Assembly (NCBI GenBank): GCA_048939765.1
Contig: JBHLPF010000034.1
Location: 24,905-41,073, forward strand
Direction: 5' to 3'
Source of the DNA: Promethearchaeota archaeon
GTDB lineage: Archaea; Asgardarchaeota; Thorarchaeia; Thorarchaeales; Thorarchaeaceae
DNA length: 16,169 nt
The notes under the pieces are model-generated. The model searched no databases, was not told the DNA's origin, and was given only the letters and a program-made list of their open reading frames with translations. Made by a program: the position numbers and the translations under genes. Below are positions 8,103-16,169 of this stretch, piece after piece (position 1 is the stretch's first letter; the number at the start of each line of letters is the position of its first letter).

Positions 8103-8837
8103 ATGCGACCAGTGAAATCGGAGTTGCACTCAGTGACCCGATTAGATGGACGTGCAAATGACGCTCTCAGGCCCGTGGAGATTGTACGTGACTTTCTCAA
8201 ATATCCTGAGGGTTCTGTACTGATAAGCACTGGAGAAACCAGAGTGATATGCACTGCCACTGTGGAAGAAGGCGTTCCAGGTTGGCTCAATCATCAAGGG
8301 CAGGGGTGGGTAACAGCAGAATATGCGATGCTCCCAAGAGCCACAGAAGATCGTACCAATAGAAATAGGATGAGCGGTCGAGGCGCTGAGATTCAGCGAC
8401 TCATTGGTCGGTCTCTGCGTAGTGCTATAGACATGAAAAGATTAGGCGAGAACACCATTAGGATAGATTGTGATGTGATTCAAGCAGATGGAGGCACAAG
8501 AACCTCTTCGATAACCGGAGCATATGTGGCTCTCTGCGATGCCCTTCAGTATATGATTGATATGGACATGATCCAAGAAGCTCCAATCCTTGGCCATGTT
8601 GCTGCAGTGAGTGTGGGCATTGTGAAGGGTGAACTGCTTCTCGACCTCTGCTATGAGGAAGATGCCCACGCAGATGTTGACATGAACATAGTCATGCGCG
8701 ACGATGAGTTCGTTGAGGTACAGGGGACAGGTGAGAGTGCGACTTTTGCCCGAGGAGACCTAAACAGATTGCTTGACCTTGCATCCCAGGGCATTCGAGA
8801 ACTGATAGAGTATCAGAAGAACGCGCTCTCTGGATAG
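8103..8837 (+). CDS. rph: Ribonuclease PH (bacterial type)
   Basis: RLDGR...LRP, EGSVL...[68 protein letters not shown]. The true start may be GTG 8133. Confidence 0.93.
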   Translation: MRPVKSELHSVTRLDGRANDALRPVEIVRDFLKYPEGSVLISTGETRVICTATVEEGVPGWLNHQGQGWVTAEYAMLPRATEDRTNRNRMSGRGAEIQRLIGRSLRSAIDMKRLGENTIRIDCDVIQADGGTRTSSITGAYVALCDALQYMIDMDMIQEAPILGHVAAVSVGIVKGELLLDLCYEEDAHADVDMNIVMRDDEFVEVQGTGESATFARGDLNRLLDLASQGIRELIEYQKNALSG

Positions 8838-8867
8838 ATAGAAGCTTCGCAGTCAATCCAAGACATA

Positions 8868-9509
8868 TCAGTCCTCTATCTTGTATATCTCGTCAAGTTC
8901 TTCCATTGTGATGAAGAGCTTCCCAACACAGGTCTCTTCGATTTCTTCTTCATTAAACCATGACTCATCTTTCTCTGGATTTGTCCATGGAGTTACCAGT
9001 TCTGGAGCATGGAAATGGTACAAAATGAACAGTCCTACTGCAATCTGAATAGGAATGGGACCGTAATATGGTCCAAACACGATTGTGGGATTGAACAGGT
9101 ATTCTATCATATATACGAATAGTGCAAGGACAGGAATGAGTAATGCAGCACATGCCCATCTTAGGACACTGTCTTTGCTGGCCCTGCCCTGATAGTACTT
9201 CACGACTTTCAAAGCAAAGATGATGTTGCATATGCTGAGTGGAAACGTTGCCCAGAGGAGAGCAGGGTTGAAGAACACAAAGCTTTGAAGCCCCGCATTC
9301 CCGACACGGGAGTCAAACGCCCAGAGGAGGGAGTACATGAAGTCATGCTCCGGGTATACAGAAGGGTACCCAAGAACCCCAAGAATCAACCAACTAGGCA
9401 GAATAGCATATGGTGTCAATAGAGTCAAGACACCCATCACGGCAGCTATGACTCCTGGGCTCACGCCATATAAATCGTGGTAGATATCATCGGTAGTCAT
9501 AGCAGCCAA
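8868..9509 (-). CDS. Uncharacterised multi-pass membrane protein, paralogue A
   Basis: About 4 hydrophobic segments, YYQG, GPIPIQI, TPW, acidic tail. Closely similar to 10220..10870. Start is TTG 9509 or ATG 9500. Confidence 0.8.
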   Translation of the reverse strand: MAAMTTDDIYHDLYGVSPGVIAAVMGVLTLLTPYAILPSWLILGVLGYPSVYPEHDFMYSLLWAFDSRVGNAGLQSFVFFNPALLWATFPLSICNIIFALKVVKYYQGRASKDSVLRWACAALLIPVLALFVYMIEYLFNPTIVFGPYYGPIPIQIAVGLFILYHFHAPELVTPWTNPEKDESWFNEEEIEETCVGKLFITMEELDEIYKIED

Positions 9510-9650
9510 GCCGCCCTCAGAAAGAATCTATAGACGATATTTGTGATAAATGGCTCGTTGGAGTGAAAATCGTACCTACGGACAACAAAACCGGTGCATT
9601 GAGTATTGTACGTCACTGAAACAATGCAGCATGCTCATGTTGAGCTGAGT

Positions 9651-10172
9651 CTATCTTCTTTTTATGAGTATCACTGCAACGATGACGACAAACGCGCCGC
9701 TTGTTCCAACTATCAATGGGATTGGAAGTTCTGTTGCTGCAGCTGGTTCTGGAGTGGTTGTTGGGGTAGTTCCTGTAGTGATTGCTGGACCAGTAGACGG
9801 AGAAATTGTTGAAGAAGTGCACTCTGAGTGATAATAGAGCAGATGCTACGCATCCATATGGGGAAATTGTGATATTACTCCCATTTCTTGACATATCAAA
9901 GTTGTCTAATACTGAGCCCATTGTATCGGGCATCTGCGCCATTTGAGCTTGAAATCTTTGCTCATCAACAATATTGCGAATATTGATCTCTTTTGTAGAT
10001 TTGATATTGATTCCAAAGTTGTCGTTCAAACTCTGAGTGTTAAAGAATACACTTGCCGCGGCTCCACCATCCCCGCTTCACATTCCACTTGGACCAAAGT
10101 GTAAATCTCACTCAATTCATTTGCTCTTTGTTCTGCTGCTTCTAAGGGATTCAAGAGATAATAGAGTTCCAA
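9651..10172 (-). pseudogene. Frameshifted remnant of a cell-surface protein with C-terminal membrane anchor
   Basis: The frame 9824->9651 reads ECTSSTISPSTGPAITTGTTPTTTPEPAAATELPIPLIVGTSGAFVVIVAVILIKRR* (Thr/Pro linker, TM helix, basic tail) but has no start. The upstream coding-like sequence lies in other frames (ORF 9613..10029 and a segment near 10172). Confidence 0.6.
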
Positions 10173-10219
10173 CGGAAAGCGCACTTTTCATGGACGTCAT
10201 CTCAATTGACTGCCCATGA

Positions 10220-10870
10220 CTACTCCCAACTCTGGTACATCTCATCGAGCTCTTCAATTGTGATGAACAGCTTCCCCACATATGATTCTTCAAAATCCTC
10301 CTCAATCCACCATGACTCATCTCTCTCTGGGTCTGTCCACGGTGTGACGAGTTCTGGGGCTCGGATACGGTACACAATGAATAGTCCTACTGCAATTTGA
10401 ATTGGAATGGGACCGAAATATGGGTGAAAACCTGTTCCAAACACCATGGTGGGGTCGAACAGGAATCCAATTAGTGTCCAGACTGTCCCCTGGAAGAACA
10501 GAGCAAGGATAGGTACGATAAATGCAGCACATGCCCATCTTAGGACACTGTCTTTGCTAGTTCTGTCCTGATAGTACCTCACGACTTTCAGACCAAAGAT
10601 AACATTGCATATGCTGAGAGGAAGCGTGGCCCAGAGGAGAGCAGGATTGTAGAACACATAGTTATGAAGTCCGATTCCCCCGGCATGGGAGCTAAACGCC
10701 CAGAGGAAAGAGTATATGAAATCCATTTCTGGATTTACAAACGGGTACCCTAGAACCCACCAACTAGGCAGAATACCATATGGTGTCAATATGGTGAAGA
10801 GGCCCATTATCGCAGCTATGACGCCTGGGCTTACACCGTAGAGATCATTTTTGATATCATCGCTAGTCAT
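10220..10870 (-). CDS. Uncharacterised multi-pass membrane protein, paralogue B
   Basis: Aligns end-to-end with paralogue A from MTSDD (ATG 10870), including 38 identical nt at 9142-9179 / 10521-10558. The ORF-track extension to 10936 corresponds to the conserved upstream region. Confidence 0.8.
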   Translation of the reverse strand: MTSDDIKNDLYGVSPGVIAAIMGLFTILTPYGILPSWWVLGYPFVNPEMDFIYSFLWAFSSHAGGIGLHNYVFYNPALLWATLPLSICNVIFGLKVVRYYQDRTSKDSVLRWACAAFIVPILALFFQGTVWTLIGFLFDPTMVFGTGFHPYFGPIPIQIAVGLFIVYRIRAPELVTPWTDPERDESWWIEEDFEESYVGKLFITIEELDEMYQSWE

Positions 10871-10977
10871 CGTAGTCAGGCCGCCCTCAGTTTCAATCCA
10901 AAAGGAAGATTCGTGATAAATGCGCCTTCTGGACAATACACGTACTAGAAAGACGGCAAAGGTTCTGCATCGGGCGT

Positions 10978-11102
10978 AAGCTTTATCTTAGATTGATGGA
11001 CAGATAGTGTGCTTTCGTCGAGTAGAGAAGGCGTTGTCTAGCGGCTATAGAAGGTCGCTATGAGCCGTTCTGGCGAACCTCGGCGTACAGCAAGCTTTAA
11101 AA
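10978..11102 (+). promoter_or_regulatory. Putative tandem rRNA promoters (TATA boxes at ~10982 and ~11096)
   Basis: AAGCTTTATC (10978) and AAGCTTTAAAA (11092), both preceded by GGCGTA, upstream of the structured 23S leader. Confidence 0.5.
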
Positions 11103-11350
11103 CGTCAGTCTTGACGGCTGACTGAGCGCACCCCATAAACATAGTGGAGCGTGCGTGTGAGGTCCGGACTCCGTGGTTAGCATGGAGAAAGGCCCATCGG
11201 GACCAGACCATAGGAAGGAGTCATTCCCGATGGAGGACCGTCGAAGCATATGATTCATTGATGTGCTGTGCACTGAGGATCGATGTGCAGAGATTGCAGA
11301 GGATGAAGGCATACGTACACGATTAGGGTTACATATGTAATCAACCGATG

Positions 11351-11383
11351 GTTACAACTCCTTGACAACAGGTAATACTGTGC
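11351..11383 (+). other. 5' strand of the pre-23S processing stem with bulge-helix-bulge motif
   Basis: CCTTGACAAC-AGGT-AAT(bulge)-ACTGTGC pairs with GCACAGT-ACCT-AGA(bulge)-GTTGTCAAGG at 14498-14521, giving a canonical 3-4-3 BHB. GTTACAACT pairs with AGTTGTAAC. Confidence 0.88.
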
Positions 11384-11398
11384 CGGTCACAAGAGTAA

Positions 11399-14300
11399 GA
11401 CTACAATATGCTGTACGGTTGCTGGTGGATGACTTGGTTGGCTAGCCGATGAAGGGCGTCACGAGCTGCGAAACGCCTGGGGTAGGCGCATGAAGCCTTT
11501 GATCCCAGGATCCCCGAATTGGACTTCCTGGCTGGGGCTAATACCCCCTGTCATTCCAGTGTCACAACTGGAAGGGGAACGCTCGGAACTGAAGCATCTT
11601 AGTACGGGCAGGAAAAGAAAACAATAGTGATCTCCTTAGTAACAGCGAGCGAAAGGGAGAAAGGCCAAACCGAATCCTCACGCGAAGAGTGTGAGGGGAT
11701 GTGGTGTGTGGGCTCTGAACTTATTGCCGACGTGTCCAAGCTGAAGTCGTCTGGAACGATGCGACATAGAGGGTGATATCCCCGTAGGCGTAAACCACGG
11801 GCATGTTTAGAGATCCTGAGTAGCGCGGGTTGGTTTTCTCGCGTGAAAGTCGCAGGTGCAATCTGCGAAGCCTAAATACTCAGCCAAACCGATAGTAAAC
11901 TATGTAGCGCGAGCGAAAGTTGAAAAGTGCCGCGGAAGCGGGGTGAAAAGCACCTGAAACCAGCAATCTATACAAAGGATGCCGATTAAAAGGGTAGATA
12001 CTCGAGGAACGAAACAGGAGCAATCCTGCAGTAGGACTCGAGTGGACCGCATCGGCGTCATCCGTCTTGAAACACGGGCCAGGGAGTTCATGGGCGTGGC
12101 GAGGATAAGGCATTAAGCCGTAAACGAAGCGAAAGCGACAAGCCCGCAGCTGCTTGCAGTGAGGGGCGACGTGTGATAAGTGCGTGAAGTCACTCCCGTG
12201 ACACGAGAAACCAGTCGATCTTGGCGTGGGCAGGGTGAAGCCGGGCGAAAGCTCGGTGGAGGCCCGAAAGGGTTCTGACGTGCAACTCGCTCCGTTGACC
12301 TGCGCGAAGGGGTAAAAGGCTTATCTAGACTGGTGATTGCTCGTTCTCCGCGAAGTTGGTCGCAGCCAAGCCCTGCTTGAGGTATCATGTGGTGTAGAGC
12401 ACTTTCGGATGTGCCCGGGGGTCGACAAGACCTTCACCATCCTGAAAACTCCGAAGCTGCATGAACTGTAGACGGCAGGAGACGGGTGCCCGGGGTAAGC
12501 CCGGCAGGCCGAGATGGGGAGAACCGAGAGAATGGTTAAGGTCCCTAAGTACCAGATAAGTGCGGTGAAGAAGGGCGTCGAGAGCCCAAGACAGTCTGGG
12601 GGTGAGCTTAGAAGCAGCTATCCCCGAACGAAAGCGTAACAGCTCACAGACCGAGGCTCTCGGCCTTGAAAATGGACGGGGCTAAATCTGGTTACCGAGA
12701 CCATTCAGCACATGGGTAATTCCGTGTGATCTGGTAGCGGAGCGATCCGGTCGGGTAGAAGTGGGGCTGTGAGGTCCCGTGGACCGTCCGGATTTGATGA
12801 TCCTGGCAGTAGTAACAGCAAAGCATGGTGAGAATCCATGTCACCGAAAGGGAAAGGGTTCTTCGGCAATGCGTCGTCAGCCGAAGCTTAGTCGATCCTA
12901 AGTGGCGTCGTAATTCGAGCGTCACGAAAGGGAATCAGGTTAATATTCCTGAACCTCGGAAGTACGATTCGCGGCAACGCAAAGCCGGACTTGTGACTCA
13001 TCTGGACAAGCCGAGCGCAGCTCTCGCTGCGCTTAACACTATAAGGGTGCCGAGTACCGTAATGGTGAGAAGCAGTCGAAAGGTGGAATAGCGAGTGGTC
13101 GGACACTCGTTCGGCTCATTCCTGGTGACCATGAAAAGCGAGTCCGGAAGGATCTTCCGAGTCCGTACCCAGAACTGACACAGGTTCCCTGGCTGAGAAG
13201 GCCAAGGTGTATCGGAGTCACCCCTCCTGAGGGAAATCGGCCAATTAGCAGCGTAACTTCGGGATATGCTGTGCCTGGGTTAGTGCAAGCTTTCCCAGGT
13301 CTTAGTAACTAAGGGGTCCCAACTGTTTAATACAAACATAGCTGACTGCGAGCGCGAAAGCGTTAGTACAGTCAGTGAATCCTGGTCTGTGCCTGTCAGT
13401 CAAAGCTCAGGAAGGGGTCTAAGCTCAGGTTAACGCCGGGACTAACTATGAGTCTCTTAAGGTAGCCAAATGCCTTGTCGGTTAAATGCCGACGTGCATG
13501 AAGGGAGCAATGAGGTCCCCACTGTCCCCAGGAGGGCTCCGGTGAACCTACACCGTACCGAACAGTGTACGTAGCGCCAATGGGAAGAGAAGTCCCTGCG
13601 GAGGTTTACTACGCAGTCTGTCATTGCCATCCCGGGCATCGTGCAGAGCATAGTCAGGAGCGTTGAACCATTCTCTCTGGGGAGTGGGAATGCAATCGTG
13701 TAATACTGACCATGTTGTCTGAGATGGCTAACCTAAACCAAGCGAGTCTAGGGACACTGGCAGATAGGCAGTTGGGCTGGGGCGGCACACGGCTGACAAG
13801 AGATCAGCCGTGACCAATACTGAGCTCAGAGGCGACGGAAACGTCTCGTTGAGATTAAGGGCAGAAGCTCGGTTGACAGGATCCCGCACAATGACGGATC
13901 CTGGGTGGAAACACTGGCCTAGCGAACCACTTCATAGCTAATTGCATGCGGAAGTGATGACAAAAAACTTACCCCAGGGGTAACAGAGTTGTCGCGTGCA
14001 AGAGTTCATATCGACCACGCGGCTTGCTTCCTCGATGTCGGCTCTTGGTATCCTGGCGTTGCATAATGCGCCAAGGGTGCGGGTGCTCACCGATTAAAAC
14101 CGAACGTGAGCTGGGTTTAGACCGTTGCGAGACAGGTTGGTTTCTATCTATTGGCGCTGTTGGATGTCTGATGGCAAGGGGAAGCCGGTACGAGAGGAAC
14201 GCTTCGCCGCGACCTATGGTGTACCAATTGTCTGAGAAGGCACTGTTGGGTAGCTAAGTCGTAACGAATAAACGCTGAATGCATCTAAGCGTGAAGTCAG

Positions 14301-14483
14301 ACCAGAAAATAGACATCCACTTGCTGAACGTCAACACCGAAGTTGGCACGGGACTGGTGACAGTAACGTGTAGTTCAGGAACGAGGGCTCTGGTAGAAGA
14401 CCAGGTAAATAGGGCAGGGATGTAAGTACCAAGGTTCGCCGAGGTATTCAGTCTACTGCTACTAATGCCCGAGGCGTGTAGTC
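11399..14483 (+). rRNA. rrl: 23S ribosomal RNA (archaeal), ends approximate
   Basis: GAACTGAAGCATCTTAGTA, CCGTCTTGAAACACGG, TTAGAAGCAGC, CTCTTAAGGTAGCCAAATGCC, P-loop GGGGCGGC, CTCGATGTCGG, GAGCTGGGTTTAGACCG, SRL GTACGAGAGGAAC. Terminal helix GACTACA (11399) / TGTAGTC (14477). Confidence 0.98.
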
Positions 14484-14497
14484 AGAAACGGTGGCTC

Positions 14498-14536
14498 GCA
14501 CAGTACCTAGAGTTGTCAAGGTTCAGAAGTTGTAAC
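14498..14536 (+). other. 3' strand of the pre-23S processing stem (BHB)
   Basis: Complementary to 11351-11383 as described. Confidence 0.88.
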
Positions 14537-14567
14537 GAATGTCTTCATCCTTTGTAGGTCAACCTCA
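14510..14567 (+). repeat. Direct repeat copy 1 (23S 3' trailer)
   Basis: 57 of 58 nt identical to 15902-15959. Looser similarity spans ~14491-14580 vs ~15884-15970. Confidence 0.95.
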
Positions 14568-14806
14568 ATCGTGTTTTCATTCTTAGATTGAATGGTGAAA
14601 TGAACTAATCGACTCGCAGTATGCGCTCCAATAGACCAACCGCTCTTGTCACAATTTTGGCGAGAAGTCTGGACCATAATCCTGCATCTCCTCATCACAG
14701 CCTTGAGAGGGTCATCGGAGTTCAAGTCATCATCGTAAAATCTTCTAGGAGGTCACCACGGCATGAGGTCTTCATGAAATCTTCAAACGGTAAAACCCAT
14801 GAACGA

Positions 14807-15544
14807 TCATCCTTCCCATCGAATCCCACACGTCTTGCAGGAATAGACAAAACGGGCTCTAGCCCCAAAGGCACCCAGATACATCTCCATACCAATCTCT
14901 TTGCTGCCGCATCCTGGACATTTCAGTCTGCTTTCTGGACGAGCCCGGTATTTCCTTTTCCGCAGTTCAATTGGTTGTTCGACTGGAGAATCAGATTCCT
15001 CTTGCCACCACTGGTCTGGCTCAGCCTGGTCATCAAATGGAGTCTTGGGGACTGGATATGGTGTCTTCCACATGAACACTAGTCCTGCAAAGAGCATCAA
15101 GGGAGTCGGGAAGGTCACGCCCGGGTCCCAGAGACTCATTGTGGGGGGCGAAGTGGCTCTCAGGATGAAATCTACTAGAAAGAAAGGCAGTTCAGCGAAG
15201 ATGCCTAGAAGAACCGTTCCAATTCGTGTGCTTCTCCCCTGATAATAACGGACCATCTGATAGACGAACACCAGTCGCCATACTGTGAAAGGAAAAGGAG
15301 CAATGATGTAAATGATGTAAAGGATGTTAGGATCCATTATCATCCAGTGAATGTAGCCTCCAATTTTATCAAGCCTCCATGTCATGGCCATTATTGTCAG
15401 CATGTCATAGTTCGGATTTATCCAGACGTAGTTGGGAGCTAGGAGAGCGAGCGTTCCAATGATAAGCCACACCACTCTGAGATCAACCGGACTGTCAGCA
15501 GATGCAGCCCGTGCGTTGTAATATGACTGCCTACTTGATGTCAT
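14807..15544 (-). CDS. Multi-pass membrane protein, distant paralogue C, with C-terminal zinc ribbon
   Basis: Shares VRYYQGR, FPTPL..F.GL, P.TPF.D..E..WW with paralogues A/B. Ends in CPGCGS...YSCKTCG.RW. Confidence 0.8.
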   Translation of the reverse strand: MTSSRQSYYNARAASADSPVDLRVVWLIIGTLALLAPNYVWINPNYDMLTIMAMTWRLDKIGGYIHWMIMDPNILYIIYIIAPFPFTVWRLVFVYQMVRYYQGRSTRIGTVLLGIFAELPFFLVDFILRATSPPTMSLWDPGVTFPTPLMLFAGLVFMWKTPYPVPKTPFDDQAEPDQWWQEESDSPVEQPIELRKRKYRARPESRLKCPGCGSKEIGMEMYLGAFGARARFVYSCKTCGIRWEG

Positions 15545-15747
15545 TGTCTCTCACCACAAGCAGCCCAATTGCCAGCAAGACAGGTAGCGGTCCTTATTCT
15601 AGTCCACATAGAAACAAGAGTGGTTGTCGGTAATGTAGTGCCAGGAATTAACAGATTTGAAGCAAGTGCAGTAATTCCAGCAATACTGGCTATGGTGGCC
15701 ACCGGGAATGTGGCCAGAACCTTTTGCCTGTACTCAGAACCTACCAC
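15541..15747 (-). CDS. Short hydrophobic ORF, possibly a truncated paralogue; translationally coupled to the next gene
   Basis: ATGA stop/start overlap at 15541-15544. PVATIASIAGITALASNLLIP loosely resembles the first TM of paralogues A/B. Confidence 0.3.
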   Translation of the reverse strand: MVGSEYRQKVLATFPVATIASIAGITALASNLLIPGTTLPTTTLVSMWTRIRTATCLAGNWAACGERQ

Positions 15748-15901
15748 TGTGTGCCACCTCGCTAAAACACCTATTCTCTAGTAACCAGAAATTATCTCTA
15801 ATCCTATTATGAGGTCAAACTGAGATAGGTCTTATTATGCATAAAGGCACACAGTCGAATCAATCAGTTTGCAGTCATGGATGATGGCTTGACAATACTT
15901 G

Positions 15902-15959
15902 GAGTTGTCAAGGTTCAGAAGTTGTAACGAATGTCTTCATCCTTTGTAAGTCAACCTCA
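15902..15959 (+). repeat. Direct repeat copy 2 of the 23S 3' trailer
   Basis: Offset 1392 nt from copy 1, with one mismatch (14557 G vs 15949 A). Confidence 0.95.
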
Positions 15960-16058
15960 TTGGTTTTCATGCCTTCATCTTGGAGAGAGAAGAAGAGGTA
16001 ATTAGCAAAACAACTGCCGCTATTGATTTCAGTTATTTCACTTGTAGGGCCAAGAGGG

Positions 16059-16169
16059 CTATTTATTTAATCTGGAAACATGTGATTTCCGCTTCATCAG
16101 ATAGACTCCATAGCCAGGAGGAAATCGTGAGAAGTCAGGACTCTTGGTTCCGGAAATTCGATCAATCTC
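16059..16169 (-). CDS. Possible 3' end of a gene entering from beyond the window
   Basis: Open frame from the edge: EIDRISGTKSPDFSRFPPGYGVYLMKRKSHVSRLNK*. No recognisable motif. Confidence 0.3.
   Translation of the reverse strand, partial: EIDRISGTKSPDFSRFPPGYGVYLMKRKSHVSRLNK

Noticed and set aside
73-8669. Antisense and nested ORFs over the main genes (e.g. 1669..2181, 3218..3805, 5875..6222)
   Set aside because: Shadow frames of well-supported genes with no motifs of their own.
11161-11240. tRNA-like or other known ncRNA in the leader
   Set aside because: No T-loop or anticodon arm, and no RNase P/SRP/5S motifs; treated as leader structure.
11880-14257. Numerous short ORFs within the 23S region
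   Set aside because: They lie inside the rRNA gene and are spurious. No intron or homing-endonuclease ORF interrupts the conserved rRNA sequence.
10986-14591. 11-nt direct repeat TCTTAGATTGA at 10986 and 14581 flanking the rRNA unit
   Set aside because: An 11-mer match is expected by chance in 16 kb, and there is no other sign that the rRNA unit transposed.
14516-15242. ORFs 14516..14725(-), 14621..15082(+), 14901..15242(+)
   Set aside because: They overlap the rRNA trailer or lie antisense to the membrane-protein gene, and have no recognisable motifs.
14510-15959. CRISPR interpretation of the direct repeat
   Set aside because: Only two copies, 58 nt long and 1.39 kb apart, and the sequence is the rRNA processing stem.

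Overview
Archaeal genomic window, most consistent with Asgard archaea (Thorarchaeia-like). This is inferred from the archaeal-type 23S rRNA with a bulge-helix-bulge (BHB) processing stem and an enlarged ES39, a geranylgeranyl reductase and a stand-alone WD40 protein. The left part is a + strand run: small CxxC protein, nucleoside phosphorylase, two tandem amino-DNA methyltransferases with no nuclease, GGR, membrane-anchored glutaminyl-cyclase-like M28 protein and WD40 propeller. Next come a - strand pair (nucleotidyltransferase fused to two HEPN-like bundles, then a TnpB/Cas12f-like protein that stops where RuvC should begin) and a divergently transcribed bacterial-type RNase PH. The right part holds a stand-alone 23S rRNA gene (no adjacent 16S, tRNA or 5S) flanked by paralogues of an uncharacterised membrane protein. 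A ~1.39 kb islet is bounded by a direct repeat of the 23S 3' processing-stem strand. Most notable: the RuvC-less TnpB derivative, the islet inserted in the pre-23S processing trailer, and substitutions at near-universal PTC/SRL positions in the 23S. All calls are by eye; no searches were run.
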